Positions 1 to 8,472 of a DNA stretch of 54,398 nt are shown in pieces. The notes below the pieces were generated by a model. The model was not told the origin of the DNA. It saw only the letters and a list, made by a program, of their open reading frames with translations, and made no database searches. This DNA comes from Lentisphaerota bacterium (GTDB lineage: Bacteria > Verrucomicrobiota > Lentisphaeria > Victivallales > GWF2-38-69). Position numbers and translations under genes: made by a program. The stretch is taken from the NCBI GenBank assembly GCA_037127655.1, contig JBAXXY010000003.1:1-54398 (forward strand), given 5' to 3'. The number at the start of each line of letters is the position of its first letter. The first letter of the stretch is position 1.

Positions 1-71
1 TTATTACTATCTGTTCTGTTGAGTCTGAGATGTTGATATTATCTCAGACTCAACAGAACAGATAGTAATAA
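1..71. repeat. Perfect 31-bp inverted repeat at window/contig end (probable fold-back assembly artefact)
   Basis: 1-31 TTATTACTATCTGTTCTGTTGAGTCTGAGAT is the exact reverse complement of 41-71, with a 9-nt loop. Confidence 0.9.
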
Positions 72-366
72 TGGTGTCCTTGGTAAGGACAATGCCAAGC
101 GGAATAGTACTGTACGGTTCTTGATGGTTATCCTTCTCGTAGCGAGGTATTCTTAGGATGATAAGAAGATGCTCATCTTCTATTTCTATGCGCGGCCTTT
201 CGTCAATGTCAAGCGGGTCTGTAAGGAATGCTTCAGGCAAGTCGAGGGTCTTGCTTATTTCATTAAGCTCTACAAAGTTTGGCTGAATTGCATTTATCCA
301 GCAATCCTTTTCTATCGAAGATATTTCTTCGATTAAGTCGTCTTTCTTCCTATAAATATTGATCAT
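7..366 (-). CDS. corA: CorA family Mg2+ transporter, N-terminal part only
   Basis: WINAIQP...DPLDIDERPRIE...LIILRIP...TIPLGIV matches the CorA cytoplasmic domain; truncated by the terminal hairpin, so GMN motif and TM helices are absent. Confidence 0.8.
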   Translation of the reverse strand: MINIYRKKDDLIEEISSIEKDCWINAIQPNFVELNEISKTLDLPEAFLTDPLDIDERPRIEIEDEHLLIILRIPRYEKDNHQEPYSTIPLGIVLTKDTIITICSVESEIISTSQTQQNR

Positions 367-412
367 TTAGTTCTCTTAAATAATAAGTCATAACTATAGA
401 TATCCCATTTCA

Positions 413-435
413 TAATAAAGGCGGCTTTCACCGCC
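413..435 (-). terminator. Intrinsic terminator after phosphatase operon
   Basis: Minus strand GGCGGU-GAAA-GCCGCC followed by UUUAUUAU. Confidence 0.65.
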
Positions 436-477
436 ATTGTAACACGAAAAAATGTAAATTTATGTTTTTGACAATAA

Positions 478-2127
478 TCAGCTCTGGTTTTCCTGCTCAT
501 TGTTATTCTTCATATCCTCTTTCAAATAATCAATAACTTCCTGTGAAACATAAAATTTTGAATCGCTGATATACACAGAGACAGACTTTGTCTCAATATT
601 CTTTCCGTTCACTGTGAAATAATTTTTGTTGCTTGGTATTGAGATAGTGTCATCTCCTTTTGTAATCACAAGCGCCGGATTATTGGGAGAAGTGATCTGA
701 TATGAAACTTCATCCATTGCTTTTAAAGCTGGAATAGCGTTCACATAAAGTTTGCTAGTCAGTTTATCCAGGTCAAAATCCATCACTCTTGCTACATATC
801 TGGCAATATCAGTATTTTGAATGTACCCTGAAAGTTTCTCTCCTTTAGGAATATATGTATAGAGTGCGATATCCTCGCCTGTGTGTCCATGCGTCGTCCA
901 TCCGATAAAAGCTCTTTTACTTATTATAGGTCCAGTCGTATAATCGAGCTTATCTGCATGAGCGGCAGCAATTGCTGTTACTTCATCATCAGTAAGATCT
1001 GTTATTCCGTAATAGGTGCTCAGGACTTCTCTGATATTTGACTTGTCAGAATTGAATTTATTGCCAAGCCCAAGACCTGAGAGTTTTGCTTTTTTGAGAG
1101 GGTCTAGGAATTTTGAAAGAGGCACTTTATCATAATCAGAATTTGTGGCGCTATTACCTATTGTTATTCCGCCATTACCGTGGTCAGTCATGATTATAAG
1201 TGCTGTATTGCCATCTTTCTTGGCAAAGTCGAGAGCTATTTTTACAGCTTTGTCAAAAGCGAGAATATCTGAAATGACCCCGACAGGGTCATTGGCATGA
1301 GCAGACCAGTCAATTTCACTTCCTTCAACCATTAGGAAAAATCCATTTCTGTCCTGAGAAAGAATCGAAAGGGCTTTTGCTGTCATTTCAGCTAGTGAGG
1401 GCTCATTAGGATTTATCACAGCTCTGTCAATATCGTGAAGCATTCCTTCAGGTGCGAACGCTCCCCAGATTTTATTTCCTTTTGACTTAGCCATTTCATC
1501 ACTTGTAGTTACATAGTCATAACCTTTTGCCTTGATCACTTCTATGAGATCTTCTCCGTCTGTTCTGTTCTGGAGGAACTTGCTGCCTCCGCCGAGCATA
1601 ACATCTATTCCATTATAAAGTTGCTGTTCTCCAAGTATCTGGTAATTATTTCTGTCGTAGTAATGGCTTGAAAACCCAGCAGGAGTAGCGTGTTGAATAT
1701 TGGAAGTAGCTACAAGGCCTGTTGCTTTGCCTGAAAGTTTTGTCCCTTCAAGAATTGTTGCCAATGGGCTTCTAGCATTTTCTTCTTTTACAGGAGTAGT
1801 TTTATACATAGTAGCAACATCAGGCATAACAGATATAAAACCTGAAGTTGACTTATATCCTGTAGCATAAGCAGTTGCTGCAGGAGCTGAATCTGTAATC
1901 GGCCCATTTGCCCAATAAGTCCTTACAAGCCCGGAAATCAGAGGATCAAAACTGAATGGTTCTCCTCCGTTATACCATCTTGCAAGAGATACACCGCCAG
2001 CCGACATTCCGTCAGGAATCATGATAATTACATTTTTGACTTGCCCATTATCAGACACTGCAAAAAGCAAATTGAATGATAACGCTATAATTGAGACTAG
2101 AATTGCCTTTAAAGATCTATTTTTCAT
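478..2127 (-). CDS. phoA: Secreted alkaline phosphatase (PhoA family)
   Basis: Signal peptide; KNVIIMIPDGM, active-site TDSAPAATA, HATPA, FFLMVEGSEIDWSAH, TDHGNGG, HTGEDI motifs. Confidence 0.92.
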   Translation of the reverse strand: MKNRSLKAILVSIIALSFNLLFAVSDNGQVKNVIIMIPDGMSAGGVSLARWYNGGEPFSFDPLISGLVRTYWANGPITDSAPAATAYATGYKSTSGFISVMPDVATMYKTTPVKEENARSPLATILEGTKLSGKATGLVATSNIQHATPAGFSSHYYDRNNYQILGEQQLYNGIDVMLGGGSKFLQNRTDGEDLIEVIKAKGYDYVTTSDEMAKSKGNKIWGAFAPEGMLHDIDRAVINPNEPSLAEMTAKALSILSQDRNGFFLMVEGSEIDWSAHANDPVGVISDILAFDKAVKIALDFAKKDGNTALIIMTDHGNGGITIGNSATNSDYDKVPLSKFLDPLKKAKLSGLGLGNKFNSDKSNIREVLSTYYGITDLTDDEVTAIAAAHADKLDYTTGPIISKRAFIGWTTHGHTGEDIALYTYIPKGEKLSGYIQNTDIARYVARVMDFDLDKLTSKLYVNAIPALKAMDEVSYQITSPNNPALVITKGDDTISIPSNKNYFTVNGKNIETKSVSVYISDSKFYVSQEVIDYLKEDMKNNNEQENQS

Positions 2128-2150
2128 CTATTATTTTCAGATAGATAGCC

Positions 2151-2960
2151 TTACTTTAACTCGTTGGCTTCCCAGCTTCCGTACATGGGATTTGGAAGGA
2201 TAAAATAGCCGTTTCCAAACTTATCAAATACATCGCTCTCGCCTGAAACATCGATAAGATTCTTCTGCTTGAGAACAGGGAAGTCCTGAATATTATCGCC
2301 AAAATAAGCTATTACCTTGTGTGCAGGCAATTTATTTGACCACACCATAAGAGAACTATCATAATTATCACCAGTTTCAACTGCTTTGAAACGGGGATTT
2401 TTATCACTAGGGGTTTTATTATCCCTATAATTAGATGTTATAAGCTGATCGTAGTAAATATTTTCTCTCTTAAGCGTTTTAGCAGTGGTATCCATTACAT
2501 TGCCTTCCTTGTCTTCAAATGAACCGTCTCTATTGGTGACCATGGAGACATACCCACCTAAATCGTGCACTTTCTGAGTGAAGTTTTTTACTCCTGGCAG
2601 TGCTACAGACATTCCGGGAATTGTAATATTAGCCTCGAAGGTTGATTCATCATCAAGACAGTTCATGTATTTTGCGAAATAAGCAGAGTTATCCAGAGTG
2701 GTTTCGTCTATATCAAGAATAACTCCCCATGTCTTGGGCTGAAGATTCTGTTCCTTAACCGTTTTTTCTACATATTGAGTTCCCAATGTGAAAGTCTGCC
2801 TGTACAGAGCCTTTTTTTCTGCTGAAACTCTGTACCATTTAATCGATTGCTTAAGTGTTTCATCTCTTGCCGGAACAGGATATGCGCTTGCATCAAGAAT
2901 GTCCGCGCACAGCATCCCGCTTAAACATAATGCCAACATTGCTAATAATAGTTTTCTCAT
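2151..2960 (-). CDS. HAD-superfamily acid phosphatase / 5'-nucleotidase, e(P4)-like
   Basis: LDIDETTLDNS, VTNR, GDNIQDF, LPNPMYGSWE motifs; start set at ATG 2960 behind AAGGAG, followed by a signal peptide. Confidence 0.88.
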   Translation of the reverse strand: MRKLLLAMLALCLSGMLCADILDASAYPVPARDETLKQSIKWYRVSAEKKALYRQTFTLGTQYVEKTVKEQNLQPKTWGVILDIDETTLDNSAYFAKYMNCLDDESTFEANITIPGMSVALPGVKNFTQKVHDLGGYVSMVTNRDGSFEDKEGNVMDTTAKTLKRENIYYDQLITSNYRDNKTPSDKNPRFKAVETGDNYDSSLMVWSNKLPAHKVIAYFGDNIQDFPVLKQKNLIDVSGESDVFDKFGNGYFILPNPMYGSWEANELK

Positions 2961-3048
2961 AGTTATCTCCTTTTGATATTTATATAGAGCCTTCAACATT
3001 TATCATTCTAAGGAAGAGATACACTCTGGACAATAGATGAAAAAGGAT

Positions 3049-3065
3049 TTAACATATTGCTAACA
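3049..3065. promoter_or_regulatory. Possible Pho-box-like direct repeat
   Basis: TTAACA (3049) and CTAACA (3060) at 11-bp spacing upstream of two phosphatase genes. Confidence 0.3.
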
Positions 3066-3138
3066 AAACTAGATGAGACATTATAAAAAGCAGGAGTCGA
3101 TCTCATTGCCATTGGTAATGTTTCAAAAAGGAACCAGT

Positions 3139-3681
3139 ATGCTGAAAGTGGTTTTGATTTTTCCCCTAGTCGCTTTTTTGTTTTTATGGAACCAACTTTA
3201 TGCTGGAGAATTCAAACTAACTTCTGAATCTTTTAAGAATAACTCCCGTATTCCTGCAAAATTTGCAAACTACGCAATGGAAAATGGAGAAAACATATCT
3301 CCTCAACTTAGCTGGGATAATCCTCCTCAGGAAGTCAAATCTTACGCCATTGTATGCATTGATACTTCTCCAATAGCTAACAACTGGATACATTGGGCTG
3401 TATTCAACATTCCTTCTAATGTTACAAGTTTATCTGAAGGAGCGTCTTGCAGCAATATGCCTGATGGCGCTACGGAACTTATAAATAGTTTCGTTAGGAA
3501 AGGGTATGGTGGTCCACAACCACCAGACAATACTGGAGTTCACACTTATCTTTTTACTATTTACGCTCTGAATACCACTAAGATAGCATCTGCAAAAAAA
3601 ATGATAACCTACAATGATCTTAAAAACCTTCTACTCGGCAAAGTAATAGCAGAAGCTGCGCTCAGCGGCGCTTTTGATTAG
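3139..3681 (+). CDS. YbhB/YbcL (PEBP/RKIP-like) family exported protein
   Basis: GENISPQLSW, WIHWAVFNIP, GYGGPQPP...HTYLFTIYAL; start 3139 behind AAGGA. Confidence 0.9.
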   Translation: MLKVVLIFPLVAFLFLWNQLYAGEFKLTSESFKNNSRIPAKFANYAMENGENISPQLSWDNPPQEVKSYAIVCIDTSPIANNWIHWAVFNIPSNVTSLSEGASCSNMPDGATELINSFVRKGYGGPQPPDNTGVHTYLFTIYALNTTKIASAKKMITYNDLKNLLLGKVIAEAALSGAFD

Positions 3682-3829
3682 ATAATTACCTAAGGCTTAA
3701 CTCTTTCATAAACACATACTGATTTTATTTACTTTTTTATTTTTTAGCCCCTATTGACGATTATTCTATTGCTAATAAAATACTTATAGGGCTTATTTAA
3801 CCATCATACTAAAAATAAGGAGTATTTAG

Positions 3830-4063
3830 ATGGAAAAAGTAAAAAAAGCACTAGAAAAAGCAGTTAAAAAAGCAACAAAGCCAGCTGTCAAGAAAGCAGT
3901 TAAAAAGGCTGTAGTTAAGAAAGCTGTGGCTAAAGCTGTCAAGAAAGCTGTAAAACCTGTTAAGAAACCTGTAGCCAAAGCAGTTAAGCCGGTAAAGACG
4001 CCTGTTAAAAAGGCCGTCAAGAAAGCTGTAAAAAAAGCCGTTAAGAAAGCAGTTAAGAAGTAA
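3830..4063 (+). CDS. Histone H1-like Lys/Ala/Val/Pro-rich basic protein
   Basis: Iterated KKAV/KKPV units; AAGGAG RBS, synonymous codon variation and its own terminator support a real gene. Confidence 0.8.
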   Translation: MEKVKKALEKAVKKATKPAVKKAVKKAVVKKAVAKAVKKAVKPVKKPVAKAVKPVKTPVKKAVKKAVKKAVKKAVKK

Positions 4064-4077
4064 GTTCAGCGTCATCT

Positions 4078-4108
4078 AAGGGTAGAGCTTTTGCTCTACC
4101 CTTTTTTT
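4078..4108 (+). terminator. Intrinsic terminator
   Basis: AAGGGTAGAGC-TTTT-GCTCTACCCTT followed by a T-run. Confidence 0.85.
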
Positions 4109-4126
4109 ATACAGTAATGAGTGAAA

Positions 4127-5998
4127 TCAAACTGGTTTATTCAGGTTGATGCTTTGGTCTATAACGGGTTCTGTTTTGTCTGCAAGAAGAGTTGCTATCT
4201 CGCTGAATTTATCCTGTAAGGCCAAGAAAGCATCTACAATATCAGGATCAAAATGGGTGCCTCTGCCTTCTTTAATTATCTGTGCGGCCTTATCGTGGGA
4301 GAACGCAGGTTTGTAAACACGCTTTGTTACCAATGCATCATAGACATCAGCCAAAGCCATCAGTCTTCCAGGTATAGGAATATCGTCTCCTTTTAATCCA
4401 AGCGGATAGCCGCTGCCATCCCATTTCTCATGATGCGAGGCTGCTATCTCCTTTGCAAAATTCAGGAATGATCTTTTGGTAAGCTTTTTTTCAGCTCCGG
4501 CAATAGCGTCTCTGCCATAAATCGGGTGTTTTTTCATAATTGCAAACTCTTCATCTGTAAGTTTGCCTGCTTTGAGTAAAATATTATCCGGAATTGCAAC
4601 TTTGCCGACATCATGAAGCGGGGCAGAGAGGTATAGCATTTCAATTGCCTCATCATCAAGAAAGTCTTTGAATCTAGGATGATTTCTGAGGTAGAGCGCC
4701 AGTTCTTTTACATAAATCTGAGTCCTTCTGATATGCATTCCTGTCTCAGGGTCTCTAAATTCAGCAACGGATGCCATGCATTCGATCGTAACTTCCTGGG
4801 TTAATTTCAGAGCTTCAGCAGTTTCGCGCAGGTTTTGAATATACGATATCAGATTATCCTGCATAATATGAAATGAACGGTTCAGGATTCCTATTTCGTC
4901 TGAAGATTTAACTGCAGGCAATTGTGCATGAAAGTTCCCTTCTCCTATCTGATAAGTTGCTTTAGCCAGGCTGCGAAGAGGAATTGTGGCTTTGTTTGAC
5001 AGGAATATAATCAGAGCAAGAGTCAGCAAATATCCTATGACCCCTATTATAAAAAGCTCTTTTGTGATAACATCGAGTTTAGAAAAAAGCTCATCTTCAG
5101 GAATCACAATGCCCAACGACCATTTAGTCATTTCAAGAGGTTGATAGTAAACAAAACTATTCTTCTTTAAAGTATGTGAATAATATCGAATTGAACCAGT
5201 CTTTCCACTAATCATATTCTCGCCAATAGTTCTCTCGACAGGCTCATTATATAACTCTGACAGAGAGAAAAAACTTTGCCCTTTAGTGTAATAATCTTTG
5301 TTTGGATGAGCAATAAAAACACCTTTGCCTGACAGGATAAAGGCATATCCTGTTTTGAATATCTTTATTTCAGATAAGAGCTTAACAAGCCAATCAAGGG
5401 TAATGTCGCATGTGACTACTCCGCAAAATTCCCTCTTGCCGTTAATTTACCTGTAAAATGGCTGAGAATATGTCACCATAAGGGCATTTCCTCCATTCTT
5501 ATCAAAATATGGTTCGCTCCAGATGCCCTTATTTAATTTCTTTGGTAAAGTGTACCAATCCCATTTGAAGTAATCATATTTTTGATTTCCCAGATCGGTG
5601 TATTGAACTGTTCCATCTGATTTATAAAAATACGGCGCAAAGTAATATTCGCCTTTCTTGAACATATTAGGCTCAAAAGAAATTGCGCTACCGTATATTT
5701 CGGGATTAGTTTCAACCGCGCTTTTTAGCATTTCAAGAAGTTGGGTTTTTGAAGGGTCGAAATATTCCAGAACTGTGGCGAAATCTTCTGGCACCTTTTG
5801 AGCGGCAATAAGAATGGAATCAATTTTGTTAAGCGTAGATGATGCCAGGTTTTTCGTGTTTTCCGTATTGTTTTCGATAAAAAGATCTTTGGATACCTGA
5901 TAATTGTATATCAAGACAGCCAGAAATATTATCACAACAGCTGTTATGATGTACATGCTGAGTTTGAGGGCTAGACTTTGCTTTATTTTAATTTCCAT
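4127..5998 (-). pseudogene. dCache-HAMP-HD-GYP c-di-GMP phosphodiesterase interrupted by one in-frame TAA (5447-5449)
   Basis: ORFs 5447..6076 and 4127..5215 share a frame; read-through gives PFYR*INGKREFCGVVTCDITLDWL...GYAFILSGKGVFIAHP (Cache); then HAMP, HDVGK and HHEKWDGSGYP. Confidence 0.85.
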
Positions 5999-6203
5999 AT
6001 TATTTAGCGCATCTTTATGATTTCTTACAAAATTAGTAGAATTGTAGCCGTTATATGAAGTCAAACCAAATAGCAAGGTTAGTCCGATTGCTGAAAAATG
6101 AATTTATTTATTAGTTTGCTATTCGAAATTTGGATAAATGACTATTATTTAATTACGCCTTTATTATTAACTAAAATCTATTTCAAAAAAGGTTTTCCCC
6201 ACT

Positions 6204-6500
6204 ATGAAAAAAGCTACAGCCCGTCATATCCTCGTTCGATCAAAAACCATCTGTGATGAACTAAAGAAAGATATTGAAAAAGGTACAGACTTTGCCGATG
6301 TCGCAAGAGATTTCTCAGAATGTCCGTCAGGATCAAGCGGCGGCGATTTAGGCGAATTCAATGAAGGGGACATGGCTAAGGAATTTGATAAAGCAGTTTT
6401 CAAAGGTGAAATAGGCAAGCTTATAGGTCCTGTGAAAACCCAATTTGGTTATCACCTTATCGAAATAATGAGTATCGGAGATGATTCAGAGGCAGAATAA
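6204..6500 (+). CDS. ppiC: Parvulin-type peptidyl-prolyl isomerase
   Basis: ARHILV, SECPSGSSGGDLGEF, GPVKTQFGYHLI. Confidence 0.93.
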   Translation: MKKATARHILVRSKTICDELKKDIEKGTDFADVARDFSECPSGSSGGDLGEFNEGDMAKEFDKAVFKGEIGKLIGPVKTQFGYHLIEIMSIGDDSEAE

Positions 6501-6542
6501 ATTTTAAAGAAAACTTACCACTTATACTTAGGAATTATAAAT

Positions 6543-7463
6543 ATGGAAAGCGTCGTAATTATCGGAACAGGGCCGGCTGGGTACACAGCGGCTATATATG
6601 CTTCAAGAGCTGATCTTAAACCAATAATGATTGCTGGCAAGCTTCCCGGCGGGCTCCTTACGCAAACTACCGATATAGAGAACTTTCCGGGTTTTCCTGA
6701 CGCTGTTGATGGTTTCGAACTCATGATGATGATGCAGAAGCAGGCCGAAAGATTTGGATCGAAAGTCATGCAAACTTCCGTAAAAAGTGTTGAATTCAAG
6801 AATGGCGGCCCGCAGACTCTTGAACTTGAGAATGGACAGAAAATCCTTTCAAAGACTGTGATAATTGCTACAGGTTCCACTCCGAGATGGATGGGACTTG
6901 ATGCTGAAAAAAGACTTGCTGCCAAAGGTGTCAGCGCCTGTGCCACATGCGACGGAGCGTTCTTTAGAAATGTTCCTGTCGTTGTAGTAGGCGGAGGAGA
7001 TTCAGCAATGGAGGAGGCAACATTCCTGACCAAGTTTGCAAGTAAAGTAATACTTGTTCATAGAAGAAATGAGTTCAGGGCTTCAAAGATTATGATTTCA
7101 AGGGCAGAGAGCAACCCTAAGATTAGTTTTGTCCTGGACAGCATGGTGGTTGATATTATCGGAGAAAAGATCGTAGAAGCTGTTAAAGTTAAAAATCTGA
7201 AGACCTCTGAGATAAGTACAATCGAGTGCAGAGGCTACTTCGCAGCTTTGGGACATGTTCCATCGACTACTATATTCAAAAATCAGATAGATATGGATGA
7301 AAAGGGATTTATAAAACTTCAGGGAGAATCGTCACTTACAAATATTGAGGGGGTATTTGCCGCGGGAGACTGCGCTGATAATCATTACAGACAGGCAATC
7401 ACAGCCGCAGGAATGGGATGCAAAGCGGCAATGGATGCCGAACACTATCTTTCTCTTCACTAG
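6543..7463 (+). CDS. trxB: Thioredoxin-disulfide reductase
   Basis: GTGPAGYTAAIY, CATCDG, GGGDSAMEEA, GVFAAGD...YRQAITAAG. Confidence 0.97.
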   Translation: MESVVIIGTGPAGYTAAIYASRADLKPIMIAGKLPGGLLTQTTDIENFPGFPDAVDGFELMMMMQKQAERFGSKVMQTSVKSVEFKNGGPQTLELENGQKILSKTVIIATGSTPRWMGLDAEKRLAAKGVSACATCDGAFFRNVPVVVVGGGDSAMEEATFLTKFASKVILVHRRNEFRASKIMISRAESNPKISFVLDSMVVDIIGEKIVEAVKVKNLKTSEISTIECRGYFAALGHVPSTTIFKNQIDMDEKGFIKLQGESSLTNIEGVFAAGDCADNHYRQAITAAGMGCKAAMDAEHYLSLH

Positions 7464-7496
7464 TTCCAAAATAACTAAAATTATCGGCTAAATATT

Positions 7497-8462
7497 ATGA
7501 TTTTTCGCCAAAAATGGGTCTTACTGTCATTATTATTATTGCTAATTTCTTTTCAATCAACACTTTCTGCAGCTCTAAAAACGACCATATTTCTTGGCAA
7601 GACATATGTTTATCTCCAGGAAGTTGCCAAGGACTTTGGAATGACAATGACGAAAAATCAGGAGTTCTGCACACTGAAAAACACTACGGGCTACATGAGT
7701 TTTGAGTTCGATAAGAAGAGTGCTACAATCAATGGGATAGAAATAACTCTGCTTTTCCCTACGGCATACAATAGCGGCGCTCCGATCATCAGCCAGAAAG
7801 ATTTCAGTTTTGTTCTGGAGCCGATCATTAAAGCAAGGGCTCTTAAAAGGCAATATGTAAGGACAGTTATATTAGACCCTGGACATGGCGGAGATGACAA
7901 TGGTACTTCGGGAGCCTATTCAAAGGAGAAAAATATAGCCCTCATTATTGCCCAGAAAGTAGCTGCTATTTTAACAGCAAGCGGTTACAAAGTGGTTATG
8001 ACCAGGAATAGCAACAAGTTCGTTCCGCTTGAATCGAGGGATGGAGTCATTGCAAGATATAATGCAGATGTGTTTGTCTCCATACACTGCAATTCGGCCA
8101 AAAAATCCATAAGCGGGTATGAGACATTTGTCCTGGCTCCGCAAGGAACATCATCGACATACAGCAAGAAAATTGTGAATAGTTACGAGAGCGGAAACCG
8201 TTATGACAAGAATAATGAGCGGCTTGGGTATGAAATAGAGAAAGCCTTAGACAAGACCGGAAGAGAGGATAGGGGGCTAAAGCACGCACGATTTGCCGTT
8301 TTAAGATATGCCACAAAACCTGCCGCTTTGGTCGAGACCGGATTCCTATCCAATAGAGCAGAAGAGAATTTGCTAAACTCTAAAGCGTATCAGGATAAAG
8401 TAGCGAAAGCCATTGCGATAGGGATTATTGCCTACAGTAATGCAGCAGCTAAAGGCAACTAA
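7497..8462 (+). CDS. N-acetylmuramoyl-L-alanine amidase (Amidase_3)
   Basis: Signal peptide; ILDPGHGG, EK, FVSIHCN, LVETGFLSN zinc-binding motifs. Confidence 0.92.
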   Translation: MIFRQKWVLLSLLLLLISFQSTLSAALKTTIFLGKTYVYLQEVAKDFGMTMTKNQEFCTLKNTTGYMSFEFDKKSATINGIEITLLFPTAYNSGAPIISQKDFSFVLEPIIKARALKRQYVRTVILDPGHGGDDNGTSGAYSKEKNIALIIAQKVAAILTASGYKVVMTRNSNKFVPLESRDGVIARYNADVFVSIHCNSAKKSISGYETFVLAPQGTSSTYSKKIVNSYESGNRYDKNNERLGYEIEKALDKTGREDRGLKHARFAVLRYATKPAALVETGFLSNRAEENLLNSKAYQDKVAKAIAIGIIAYSNAAAKGN

Positions 8463-8472
8463 AAAACTAATA

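Noticed and set aside
1-71. Hairpin telomere or transposon end
   Set aside because: Falls mid-corA with no telomere resolvase or transposase nearby; artefact more likely
5447-5449. Programmed recoding (Sec/Pyl)
   Set aside because: The codon is TAA, not TGA/TAG, and TAA is used as a normal stop throughout the window
6515-7033. Antisense ORF over trxB and similar shadow ORFs (8871..9290, 10266..10727, 31250..31720, 49588..50028)
   Set aside because: They lie opposite well-supported genes and have no independent motifs
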